A stretch of DNA of 63,955 bases, counting the filler, from Octopus bimaculoides (taxonomy: Eukaryota), in NCBI RefSeq assembly GCF_001194135.2. It is 7 parts of 7 records of this genome, joined end to end, with 100 filler letters (N's around TTAATTAATTAA, not from the genome) between each part and the next. Parts side by side here need not be neighbours in the genome. Positions count along the whole stretch, not along the records: positions 1 to 11,616 come from NC_069009.1; positions 11,717 to 27,275 come from NC_068989.1; 5 more parts are not named here. One strand, given 5' to 3'. A program made the translations under genes and the position numbers. Position 1 is the stretch's first letter, and each line of letters starts with the position of its first letter. Positions 11,490-23,215 of the stretch are shown here, one piece after another. The notes beneath the pieces were generated by a model. The model worked only from the letters and a program-made list of their open reading frames with translations, had not been told where the DNA came from and did not search any database.

Positions 11490-11616
11490 GTCAGAGTGGG
11501 ATGAGATAAATTACCTGCATCACCTTGTTAAAAAAAACAGGTAATAATTTTACACTGCACTTATTCTTAGTGCAAGTTTCGGAAAGTGCATTTTCGATTT
11601 TAACAGTTATTTTTTT
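11490..11616 (+). mobile_element. 5' part of a second copy of the 4548 mariner
   Basis: cggaaagtgcattttcgattttaacagttattttttt is identical to 4548-4584; cut by gap; left boundary approximate. Confidence 0.75.
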
Positions 11617-11716
11617 NNNNNNNNNNNNNNNNNNNNNNNNNNNNNNNNNNNNNNNNNNNNTTAATTAATTAANNNNNNNNNNNNNNNNNNNNNNNNNNNN
11701 NNNNNNNNNNNNNNNN
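11617..11716. other. Assembly join: 44 N + TTAATTAATTAA + 44 N (also at 27276, 36795, 46643, 60576, 62788)
   Basis: Identical 100-bp structure occurs six times; the spacer has stops in all frames. Confidence 0.95.
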
Positions 11717-11756
<40 letters not shown>

Positions 11757-11939
11757 TGTGTGTATGCAAATATGTTTTTTCTTTGAGCTTAAATTAAGTT
11801 CTTAAAAGCGTTCTAGCCAATCACTAACAAAGCGATAAGACCTACCCGGTTTTTGTAAATATGTGGTTGAGTTGGTGTGTTGGCTGAACTGTCGATGCAT
11901 ACACCCACGTGAGTGCGTCTATTCACATAAGAATCTCAG

Positions 11940-14079
11940 ATGGAGAATTGTTTTGAATTTCTAACAAATTTTCACTGTGCCACTAATAGATTGGATTTGA
12001 AGAATCCATATCAGAGGTTTGGGAGCATAGGAGGAACCTAGATTCAATGTGGCTGGACTGCAAGAAAGCTTTTGAATCTCATGGATACTAGAAGCTTTTC
12101 GACTTATTAAAGTTCCAGTGAACATAATCAAAGCCATAGCTGGCCTGACTTCATCGTGGACCACCGATATGAAGTGATTGTATTATCACCGATAAAATAT
12201 AGTATCGCAGAGGTATATTTCAAGGGGACAGACTCTCTGTGATGCTGTTTATACTTTCTGTAAACCCCTTGTCATTCATGTTAAGGAAGTCTGAAGGATA
12301 TCTCACTGGTTCACAAGGAAACAGAAATACCAAACTTACGCATTATTTCCTTGTGGATGACTTGAAATCGTATGCGAAGAGTATGCATGCGATGAAAAAG
12401 AGCCTTTGACCTGGTTACAACATTCTCAAAGGATACAGGGTTGGAGTTTGGTCAGGATAAACGTTGCTATATGGTTATGAAAAGAGGGAAAACTGTAAAT
12501 CAGACTGGTAACATCTCCATCAATGATTTAACTGTTTCCTCTATATCTGTTGAGGAATGTTACAGGTAGCTAGAGGTAGATGAAAACATATCTTGCGTTG
12601 GTAACTGCAACAAGACACATGTCAATAAAGAATATTACAGCCAGATAAAGAAAATATGGATCTCAGAACTCTCTTCATTCAATAAAACAATGTGTTTGTA
12701 GTACCGTTACACATACCAATACTTGGGCTACTTGATTGGACACTTGATGAGTTTCGAATCATTTATGTGAAAACCTGGAAGAGACTAGCCAACACACATA
12801 ATTTCCACATCAACAGCGACGTAGACCGTCTCTGCCTAAAACGAAAACAAGGCATCAGGGACTTAACATCGATCCAGACTGCCTTAGAATGTCATATTAT
12901 ATCCTTTCAGTAACATCTTTTAACCACCGAGTTTCGAAGTGCATTCCTTGACCAAGTTTGCATAAGCAAGGCAGATAGCATCATGAGACTTGGAAAGTAG
13001 CTCCTTGAGCAGCATTCCTTGTCTGATAACCTTGATTACATGCCCAAAGAAGTTGAAAGACTCTACCGCAACTTATCATCAGATGAAAGGATGAGCGTAT
13101 ATCCTCAGAAGACCATTCGTGGATATATTAGAAGAAATTCCGGGATGGTAGTAACATTGATATTCAAAGCTGTCTATAATGGACCAACAACCGGGTTACT
13201 AACTCTCACTTTGAGGAGTTTGTGTTTGCATCCAGGAACAGGAAATATCGACCAAATACCTGATGCACAAAAGGGACGCAGGAAAAACACCAAAATGTGG
13301 TGGCCGATGCAGACTTTGTGGAGTTAACACCGAAGATATCAACCACTTTATAAGCAATTGAGCGAAAATTTCATCACGGTATTATCTACCGATGAGATGT
13401 GATGCTGTAGCCAGGACACTGTTTAATGAGATCCGTCGGAAGGATAACTCTGAGATTAAAGAAATAAGAACCCACAGTATGGTAGAGGTCATAACCACTC
13501 ATACAAGAAAAAGTACTGGTGAAATGTCCTAGTGAAACCCTCAATAAAATGTAAACATAATAGACCTGGCGTAGTGATTTGAGACAGAGAAGAGAAACTG
13601 TGTACTGTAGTAGAAATCAGCTGCCCGGCGAATGTTAACATAAAGCTAAAAAACAGCGAAAAAGAAAATGCCTACGCTGAACTATTAAGTAATCTACAGT
13701 TACTCTTCCCAGGTTTCAAGATTAAACTTATATAATTAGGCTTCTCAAAACCAAAAAGGAGAAAGCTGATTCGAAGGCTACAGATCCAAACCATCACTTT
13801 AAAAATTTGTTAAGATTTATCATTTAGGAATATATGCGCATGTTTGGACATGCAACTATAAGCATGAGAATACATACATAAAACAAAGCATGCAAATCTG
13901 CACATGCACTGATTTCAAATTCCGCGCATATATACACATACATGCAAGAATACCCTGTTGATGTTGAAATTCTAATAAAGGAGCCCTGAATCTAGGTTAG
14001 AAATCGGCTCCTTCTCTTTGGCAAGAAATCTTGAAATAAAATTGAATAGCTGGCATACATACAAACATACATGCATACA

Positions 14080-14112
<33 letters not shown>

Positions 14113-14198
14113 GCATACATACATGCATACATACATACATACATACATACATACATACATACATACATACATACATACATACATACGTACGTACATAC
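11940..14198 (+). mobile_element. R4/Dong-like (RLE-clade) non-LTR retrotransposon, 5'-truncated and decayed, with (CATA)n tail
   Basis: RT motifs WLDCKKAF, GIFQGDRLSVMLF, LVDDLK; SDVDRLCLKRKQG; CRLCG zinc knuckle; HNRP..VI.DREEKLCTVVEISCP restriction-like endonuclease; 3' UTR followed by a long (CATA)n run. Confidence 0.9.
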
Positions 14199-15389
14199 AC
14201 ACCGTTCTTGACATCCAATGAATTTTACATTAAACTATCGCTTAAATGTCAGCTTGTCACATCGATTTACTTAAAAAGTCATGAATAGAGAATTCATCCT
14301 TATTCTGGAGAGAAAAAAAACATGCAAACCCGAAGAAAATGTATCGAATTGAAATATATAAAGTTATTGATAATTTATATACAACAAATCCTGAGCAAAT
14401 GAAAGAGAAAAAAAAGTATGACAAATTTTGACGTTAAATTTGAATTTGAGTTTTCATAGTGAAATTTTTGCGGAGACATATCTCTCACTCAATCATAAAA
14501 TTATTGTTTCTTTCTCTGTTCGTCTGTTTTTGTTGTTAAGCTTTTTTTTTCCATCGCTACAAAATTACGTGTTTATAAGAAAGGGTGCGTTGCATATAAT
14601 TGAGAAATGAGTAGAAAATGATGTGATTAATTTTCATTTCTATTTTTATTCTTAATAATAACAATTTGTATTTTAGGCACGAACACGCACATTTTGAAGA
14701 TGTATATCCGATGAAACTGACCCCAGTAGTTAATTAGCACCTTCTCATTGACTAAATGTATCACGGCGATAGCGTTGAATGTTGATCCGAATGAACATAA
14801 TCCTACATATTTAAGGTGGTCGATTAATAAAATCGCTAGAATGGCAAATAGATTGATTTACGGTAAATATTCCGACTCGCTATACTCCGAGCTCAAATCC
14901 CGTTCATCTTTTAACCGTTCATCTTTTCGGTATTGATAAAATAAAGTCATAATCTTGTGCTGGGATCGATTCTTTTTTCTCTAAATATTTCTTCCTGTGT
15001 GACTGGTTTTCCCTCTTCTGGAAGAAATCGATAATGGTCAGATCTAGAGAGAGATGAGCACCACCAGGTCTGAAAATTCGAAAGACATTCTGCATGTCAC
15101 TTTGGCCCCTAAGACTCCGTCAAAGAGTTGAAGGTACAAGGCAAAAAGGATCCTCACATGCAGACTTGCAGTGGTTATCATATTGTTAAACTACTTGTAT
15201 CATGTTTTGAGCAAAAGGCCAGTAGTTTTAGGGGAAGAGAGTTAATCGATTGCATCGACCCCTGTACTTCACTGACACTTATCGGTTCAGAAAAGGTGAA
15301 AGGTAAATCTGATCTCAGCAGAATTTTAAGCCGGAATGTAAAATAACCGGAAGAAATACCGCTAAGCCTTTTCTCCGACGCGTTAACGA

Positions 15390-15610
15390 TATTGGAAGAG
15401 GCTTAATTGTTGTGGAAGAGTGTATACAGATGGGAAGACAAAACCTACTAGAAAATTTACGGAACAGCCCAGAGAAATTACTAAAGAATAGGTGATCAAG
15501 TACGGAATAGAAGAAAAAGAGAAGGAAATTCAAAGAGAGCAAGTTGCAGAAATTGAAAAGAAACCGTTGCATGATCAGGTTTGGAAAGCCACTGAAGATG
15601 TATGTGGAGC
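15390..15610 (+). mobile_element. Short RLE-type LINE fragment
   Basis: GRGLIVVEECIQMGRQNLLENL..EKKPLHDQ resembles the GGRGL..KPLHGQ region of R4/Dong ORFs. Confidence 0.5.
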
Positions 15611-15785
15611 AAAACCTGAGCTTCTTTTGAAAAAAAGGGTAATTTTTATCACTTCTTATTTTGAACTTGACAAAGACAGACGTATTGTTGAAATATCGTT
15701 CAACTAATAAAATATCTTACAATCGAATCACGCTCTTCGTCTTGACTGTTTACCTTTGTGAAGAGTTACGTCAATTCTTTTAAAA

Positions 15786-15832
<47 letters not shown>

Positions 15833-15833
<1 letters not shown>

Positions 15834-16035
15834 GGCGGCGATCTGGCAGAATCGTCAGGACGCCGGGCGAAATGCTTAACGGTATTTCATCTGCCGCTAC
15901 TTTCTAAGCTCAAATTCCGCCTTTCATCCTTTCGGGGTCGATAAATTAAGTAACAGTGAAACTCTAGGGTCGAAGGGATCTAATCATCCCCTCCCCCAAA
16001 ATGGCTGCCCTTGTGACAAAATTTGAAACCAATAT
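15833..16035 (+). mobile_element. SINE (ggcggcgagctggcagaatcg family)
   Basis: aaggcggcgatctggcagaatcg..ctttcatcctttcggggtcgataaattaag; paralogues near 21125 (-), 43190 (+) and 54857 (+). Confidence 0.8.
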
Positions 16036-16439
16036 TATTATTATTGAATTATGTACCTTGGTTTCCGAAGAGAAGCTTTCAATATTCTTGCACTCCTGTA
16101 TTCTTGAAGTCCTTCAATACAGATGGAAATGAACAGCGATACCACAATGGCAATTGATAGACCTGAAAGTAAATTGTAATTAAAATTTTTTTAATTCTCA
16201 AAGATCCCATCTGCGCACTGTAAATAAAGCAACGGAAAACCAAAAACAAATCAAAGAAATTTTGTAATTAATGCAATAATAAACCAAATTTATTCAATTA
16301 ATAATTGTAATCAAATAATGATTTAAAATCTAAACATAAAGCCAATTTTTTAAAATCTAGAATATCTCTTTTCTTTCCCATCTTTTTTGCTTTTGCTTTG
16401 TTTTTTTTATGTTTTTCTTCTTTTGGTTTTTGTAATATC

Positions 16440-16870
16440 TTTTACTTTTTACTTGTTTCAATCATTGGATTGCGACCATGCGAGGTACTACCTTGAAGGG
16501 TTAAGTTGAACAACTCGAACCCATTGCTATTTTTTTTAAAGTTTGATACTTATTCTATCGGTTTCTTTTACCCTTTCATTGACTAAGTTGCCGGAACATA
16601 CACAAACCAGCACCGGTTATCAAGCGGTGAGGAGACAAACACAGACACACAGCCCCCCCCCATACACACCTGTATATGTAAGCATATCCACATATATATG
16701 TGTGTGCAATTAGTTATGTATATGTGTATACACACGCACACACACACACACACACACACACGACGGGCCTCAACAGTTTGTGTCTACCTAATTCACTCAC
16801 GAGTCATTAATTGGCCCGTAGCTATAGTAGAAGATATTTGCCCAAGATGTCGTGGTGTTGAATTGATCAC
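16440..16870 (-). mobile_element. SINE (family of the 22815 copy), reverse orientation
   Basis: tttttacttgtttcaatcattggattgcgaccatgc tail and cgacggg..ttcactcac head match the reverse complement of 22815-23215. Confidence 0.7.
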
Positions 16871-17218
16871 GAAGTGAAATATACAGTAATAATATCTCTC
16901 GATATTTTTGTCCATGTTAGCAGTATCATGTATCTTACTATCATAAGATAACATCTAATATCTTACTGTAGTGTAATATCACATTATATCTCCTTAGTAG
17001 AGAGAGTGCTTACCAATTAATACAGCAGACTAAAAGTTGTAAATCAATTGAGATTATATTCATATTAAGAAGAATGAATAATCATGTCAATAACTTTGAT
17101 CAAGAAAGGTTGAGTAAGGCGACGTGATTGAATATAGGAAATTAAATTGATCACAAATAATCAAAACAGTTACGTTTATGAATTTGTGTGGGGGTGTAAT
17201 AGTCTTAGGTGGTGGTTG

Positions 17219-17582
17219 GCACTCCGTCGCTTACAAAGTCGAGGGTTCCAGTCGATCCGATCAACGGAACAGCCTGCTCGTGAAATTAACGTGCAAGTGG
17301 CTGAGCACTCCACAGACACGTGTACCCTTAACGTAGTTCTCGGGGATATTCAGCGTGACACAGTGTGACAAGGCTGGCCCTTTGAAATACAGGTACAACA
17401 GAAACAGGAAGAAAGAGTGAGAGAAAATTGTGGTGGAAGAGTACAGCAGGGTTCACCGGAGCCTTGTGGAGCTTTAGGTGTTTTCGCTCAATAAACACTC
17501 ACAACGCCCGGTCTGGGACTCGAAACCGCGATCCTCTGACCGCGAGTCCGCTGCCCTAACCACTGGGCCATTGCGCCTCCAC
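17219..17582 (-). mobile_element. tRNA-derived SINE
   Basis: Minus-strand head gtggaggcgcaatggcccagtggttagggcagcggactcgcggtcagaggatcgcggtttcgagtcccag has A/B-box-like motifs; near-identical copy at 26021-26378. Confidence 0.85.
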
Positions 17583-18274
17583 GTAATAGTCTTAACACAG
17601 AGCTGATTAAAAAACTATCGATATTTTCTATAGTAAGGAGAAAACTAAACCTTAACGAACCAATAATTTAATGTATGTATGTATGTTTATGTTCATTTTA
17701 AGAAAAAATCAAACAGAGAACATTTGTAATGTTTTGCAAATCCCTATTGTTCCACTCATCAGTTAGATTCGCAAGATGACAATGAGTTTGCTTTATTCAT
17801 ATTTCAAAAATATCAATATTCCCAGGCTTTTATTCAAAACTATTGTTACATATCCTTATGCATTTGCAACAGCTGAAACAGTATGGATGAATATATGCAT
17901 GTATGGGATTAGTTTCTTGGTTTCAGAGTTATCAATGTCAGCCATTATCGCAAATCCAACATACAGGAAGTTTTTTTTTCTTGTAAACTGGGCTGAATAA
18001 CGTTAATTTTGTGCGTAAAAGGGAATTTCTGCATATATGACAGAAGAACAAAATAGTTACTCATGTAGGCAAAATTACTTCGACATTATTGTAAACTATA
18101 TGTTCAAAAACATCTTTTAAACAGTCCTCAATGCTTGCACGTCAGTTCTATGCACGTCGTATTTATGTATGTAGATTTTCATGTATGTATATATGTATGG
18201 CCGGCTAGCTGGATGGATGGATGGATGGACGGACGGACGGATGGATGGATGGATGGATGGATGGATGGTTGTTT

Positions 18275-19060
18275 TAATTCTTCTCAAAAGGAGCTTGTTT
18301 CTTACAAAGTATCAATGATCCTATAACTTGGATATGATATAAGAACAAGTGGTTCTGTGCCTCAAATCCTACGTCACTTTTGTTTTTTCTCATATTCCCT
18401 CTTGCACATTTATTGATGTAGCTGAATACACCAATAATTTCAGGTATTAATGTGAATATACAATTTTGGTAAAGAAGCTGTAAGTTCCGAAGAATTGCCC
18501 AAAGTATTTTTTTCTCAGTTATTTTCAAAGACATATTCACATAGGTATAGCACTTGATCTCAATGACTGTACATGTTGTTTAATCTTGCCGAAAGACTTT
18601 ATAGGAATGCTACATCAATATTCCTTATGTTAACAAGTGTATGTATTCAGTATCAGAAGTATTCTTCATTTTTATCCCTGGGTAGTCTTACATATGAATG
18701 GTATTGAATGTTGTTTCGGCAACAACGCCATGCAGTACTGAAACATATTAACTTAATAACATTTTTCAAAGTACCTTGAGGGTTGAAGGGCTTCACTGCT
18801 TTTTTGGTTGATTAGATATATTTTAGCTATCTCCTGCTCTTGATTACAAAAGCATAAATTTCGAAAACTGATTTGATGTAACAGTCATGATTCTAAGAGA
18901 ATCTACACTTCATGTTAATGCTAACATCATCCTCAAGTTTACCGGGGACATAGCCATGCACACCATTATTTATTATGCAGAAAGGGAGTATACTTCTCCC
19001 AAGGTTTAGTTGAGGTACGTTAAGAAATTCGTAGAGTGTGAAAACTATTTCAGGAAGCTT
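18275..19060 (-). mobile_element. Older diverged copy of the R4/Dong-like LINE (3' part)
   Basis: KITEKKILWAILRNLQLLYQNCIFTLIPEIIG parallels KISEKENSYAELLRNLQLLYLNYKFRFIPVIIG of the 19066 copy; VHGYVPGKL upstream; followed by (TCCA)n. Confidence 0.7.
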
Positions 19061-19065
19061 AGCCT

Positions 19066-20456
19066 GTATGTATGTATGTATGTATGTATGTATGTATGTA
19101 TGTATGTATGTCATTGTTCAGTTTTATTGCAAGATTTATTGCCAATAGAGAAAGAACCGGTTTCTAACCTAGATTCAAAAGTCCTTTCAACATCAACAAC
19201 TGAGTATCTTTGTATGTATGTATGTATGTATGTATGTATGTATGTGTATGTGCAGATTTGTATGTTTTACTTTATGTACGTATTCTCATGCATATGGTTG
19301 CATATCTAGACATACTCATATATATTTAAATGCTAAACTTCTGTGAAGTTTTACAGATATTTACAGTTCTAGTAATCGACTGGATCAGTAAGCTTTCTCC
19401 TTTCTGGTTTTGAGAAACCTAATTTCTCAAGATTGATATTTAGGCAGTGTGTTACATATCTCAGGGCTCCAATAATTACAGGTATAAACCTGAACTTGTA
19501 ATTTAGATAGAGTAACTGCAGATTTCTCAATAGTTCAGCATAGCTGTTCTCTTTTTCACTGATCTTCAGCTTTAAGTTAACATCAGCTGGGCATCTAATT
19601 TCTACAACTGTGCACGGTTTCTCTTCTCTATTCCAAATCATTATATCAGGTCTGTTGTGCTTACATTTTATTGAGGTTTTCACTGGGACATTCCACCCGT
19701 ACTCCTTTTTATTATGAGTGGCTATGGCTTCTGCCATACTGTCGGTTCTTATTTCTTTGTCCTTGGAGTTATTCTCTTGACAGATCTTGTTATACTGTGT
19801 CCTGCCCATAACATCACGTCTCATCGGTAGATAATACCGCGATGACATTTTCGGACAACTGCTTATGATGTGGATGATATTTTCGGTGTTAACTCCACAG
19901 AGGCTGCATCGGTTGTCACATTTTACTGTTTTACCTGCATCTCTGTCCCTTTTGTGCATCAGGTACTTGTTTGATATTTCCTGTTCTTGGATTGTAAATG
20001 CATAACCTTCAAAGTAGGAAGTAGTATAATTTGGCTATTGGTTCATGATGAACTGTTTTGATGATCAATGTTACTATCATCTCGGAACTTTTCTACTAAC
20101 ATATCCATGCATAGTCTTCAGCTCATATGGGCTCATCCTTTCATCTGCGGTGTGTATTCTAGGTTATCAGAGAAATAATGTTGCTCAAGAAGCTGCCTTC
20201 CAAGTCTTATGATGTTATCAGCTTCATGTATGCAAACTTGGTCAAGGGATGAACTTCGACACTTGGTGGTTAAAAGATGTTACCGAAGAGATATGATACA
20301 ACATTCAAAGGCATTTTGGGTCAATGATAAACCTCTACGGCCTTGTTTTTGTTTTAGGCTGAGGCGGTCTACGTCACTGTTTATGTGGAGATTATGTGTG
20401 CTTGTTAGTATTTTTCGAGTTTTCATATCAATGGCTCGGATCTCATCAAGCGTCCA
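19066..20456 (-). mobile_element. R4/Dong-like RLE LINE, 3' part, with (CATA)n tail
   Basis: ORF 19369..19959: CSLCGVNTENIIHIISSCPKMSSRYYLPMRRD, KHNRPDIMIWNREEKPCTVVEIRCP; 3' UTR matches 13960-14065; cut by gap at 20457. Confidence 0.9.
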
Positions 20457-21052
20457 NNNNNNNNNNNNNNNNNNNNNNNNNNNNNNNNNNNNNNNNNNNN
20501 NNNNNNNNNNNNNNNNNNNNNNNNNNNNNNNNNNNNNNNNNNNNNNNNNNNNNNNNNNNNNNNNNNNNNNNNNNNNNNNNNNNNNNNNNNNNNNNNNNNN
20601 NNNNNNNNNNNNNNNNNNNNNNNNNNNNNNNNNNNNNNNNNNNNNNNNNNNNNNNNNNNNNNNNNNNNNNNNNNNNNNNNNNNNNNNNNNNNNNNNNNNN
20701 NNNNNNNNNNNNNNNNNNNNNNNNNNNNNNNNNNNNNNNNNNNNNNNNNNNNNNNNNNNNNNNNNNNNNNNNNNNNNNNNNNNNNNNNNNNNNATATACA
20801 AGCTGTGCTTTGTGAGTGTGTATGTTAGCGAATGTGTGTGTGCGTCTGCGAATGTATCGCCGATTCATATCAACAAATGATGTAAACATAGGGAATGCAT
20901 GATTATTATTTGTTTTCTCGAAGACAAATGTAATGCAAAGCAATGTTTAGCCTGAAAGAATTAGAAAATCATAATGCATAACAGTAATTACCGCAAAACA
21001 TTTTATCTACACCGCTACCTTTTCTGTCTCTCCACTGGGTTCTTGTAAGAGA

Positions 21053-21125
<73 letters not shown>

Positions 21126-21567
21126 TAGTACTTAATTAATCTACTCCGAAAGCATGAAAGGAGAAGTGGACCGCGGCGGAATTTGAATTCAAAAGGTAAT
21201 GACGGACGAAATGCCGCTAAGCATTTCGCACGGCGTGCTAATGATTCTGCCAGCTCGCCGTCTTTCAAGGCCAAAAATATTGTGGGAAAGAAATAGTTGC
21301 TTTAATTAGATGATTTAGACAGGATTTGAACTCAGAATATAAAGAACAGTAATGAAAAAGAAATACAAAGTATTTTTCTAATAGTGTAACAAATTTTGTC
21401 AGTCCACCGCCTTTCTCTTTGAATAACAAATGGTTTTTAATTCAGGCACAAGGCCAGCAATTTAGAAAGAAAAATGTGGATCAATACCATCCTCTCCAGT
21501 TCTTAACTGCTTTATTTTATTGACCCCGTAAGGAATGAATGGCAAAGTTGACCCCACGGGATTTTAA

Positions 21568-21957
21568 CCGGAACAAATACCACAAAATAGTTTTTCCGAT
21601 ACATTATTTACAATGGACGGATAGGTGTCCTCACCTTGTTTGTTGCTACCACACCGTTTCGGCTGATGTACTCTCCAGCCTTCATCAGATGTTCTGGTGG
21701 AATTTCGAACCCAACGCTTTATTTGAATAAGGGGTACACTGTTCTCATTCCTACCATATATTGCTGATGTTGGGAGTGAGAATAGTGTACCCTATTAGTC
21801 AAATAAAAGGTTGGGTTCGAAATTCCACCAGAACATCTGATGAAGGCTGGAGAGTACATCAGCCGAAACGTTGTGATAACAACAAATAAGATGAGGATAC
21901 CTATCCGTCCTTTGTAAATAATGTACCGGAAAAACTATTTTGTGGTATTTGTTCCGG
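21568..21957. repeat. Long near-perfect palindrome (about 186-bp arms, about 17-nt loop)
   Basis: 21568-21753 is the reverse complement of 21771-21957, e.g. gtttcggctgatgtactctccagccttcatcagatgttctggtggaatttcgaaccc / gggttcgaaattccaccagaacatctgatgaaggctggagagtacatcagccgaaac. Confidence 0.95.
21832..21877 (+). ncRNA. Hammerhead-ribozyme-like motif (minimal type I, Penelope-associated style); mirror copy on - strand at about 21650-21693
   Basis: CTGATGA (21837-43), stem GGCTG/CAGCC (21845-49/21860-64), GAAAC (21865-69), then GTT; carries an extra A after CUGAUGA and a weak cleavage triplet, so it may be inactive. Confidence 0.5.
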
Positions 21958-22814
21958 CCTCTTTCATTTTAAGCCAGAGGTAATTTTTTCCGATGCTCTA
22001 ACGATTTTTTGACAAGCCGTCGCCCTCCCTCCTTCGATTATCAGGAGTTAGTTTTAATATAGGCACGAAGTCAGGAAGGGAACAGTTGATTTAATTAACT
22101 TACCTCGGTGGAATTTGAAGTCAGAATGTAAAGAGCCGGAACAAAATACAGTATGCTAATCCACTTTAAACAATTAGTAATGGTTTCTCATTTAAAAAAC
22201 AATGCCAGCAATTTTGATGGAAGGGGATTATCGGATATCGACATCCTCAGTATTTGATGAGTACTACTTTATTTTATTCTATTGACACCAGTGAGATTTG
22301 AACTCAGAGCGTAAATGCTGGAACAAATGCAGAATAACATTTTTCCGACATTCTAATGATTCAGCCAGCTCGCTGCCGCCTTCAGATACTTATTAATACT
22401 AAGAACTATACGTTGACCAAATTCTGTTGTTAACGAAACTAATCAAAAGCACATAATACTCGTTAACTCGTAGTCTATCAACGTGAACTCTTTGATCAAT
22501 ACTAACCTGTATCTTCCAAACCAATCTTAACCGACAATTATCGTAAACGCTTCATATTCTGTTTGCAATACGATGGTTCTCTTACAATGCTATCTCCTAC
22601 CACTACTCTTGCGATGTCTTTGTTGATCACTTTGCTTAAACTTTCCACTCCAGCAATCCACACCCTTCAAGATACTCTTTTTCTTTTCAGCAAATTGCCT
22701 ATAAAGCTTAAAAACTGAACATTAAACGCATCAATTTTATGCAACTGCTTCTTTCTTTGTCAAGAAGAGCTATGAAAAGCTATGGATACTTCACTCCATA
22801 CTAAAATTATATTT

Positions 22815-23215
22815 AATGCGCAGGAGTGGCTGTGTGGTAAGTAGCTTGCTTACCAACCACATGGTTCCGGGTTCAGTCTCACTGCGTGGCACCTTGGGCA
22901 AGTGTCTTCTACTATAGCCTCGGGCCGACCAAAGCCTTGTGAGTGGATTTGGCAGACGGAAATTGAAAGAAGCCCATCGTATATATGTATATATATATGT
23001 ATGTGTGTCTGTGGTTGTCCCCTCACCATCGCTTGACAACCGATGCTGGTGTGTTTACGTCCCCGTAACTTAGCGGTTCGGCAAAAAAAGAGACTGATAG
23101 AATAAGTACTAGGCTTACAAAGAATAAGTCCTGGGGTCGGTTTGCTCGACTAAAGGCGGTGCTCCAGCATGGCCGCATACAAATGACTGAAACAAGTAAA
23201 AGAGTAAAAGAGTAA
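22815..23215 (+). mobile_element. Full-length SINE
   Basis: gcgcaggagtggctgtgtggtaagtagcttgc head, central (TA)n, tail ..ggcggtgctccagcatggccgc..gaaacaagtaaaagagtaaaagag; paralogues near 36900-37240, 37917, 46800-47060, 55385-55790 and 63745. Confidence 0.85.

Larger units (their letters stand above)
500..11616 (+). repeat. Tandem exon-intron duplication array (segmental repeats carrying the LRR exons)
   Basis: Recurring flank blocks: aaattt/atatgttcaataaatgttct..ctcaatgttatgttccag (pre-A), gttgaatcaacc..tatttctttgacgatatct (post-A), tttatatttcattacgaac..ttttttcacgg (pre-B), gttgcat..ttttgatt..cactcagtcgctttcc (post-B); long (CAT)n and (CTT)n tracts between them. Confidence 0.9.

Noticed and set aside
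13972-14221. MYVC/HTYI-repeat ORFs (also 26607-27011, 47460-47735, 58675-59187, 61984-62484)
   Set aside because: Translations of (CATA)n, (TA)n, (CA)n and (GA)n microsatellites.
17505-17582. tRNA-like sequence (also 25480-25560, 26305-26378, 38101, 61336)
   Set aside because: SINE heads continuous with multi-copy SINE bodies; not standalone tRNA genes.
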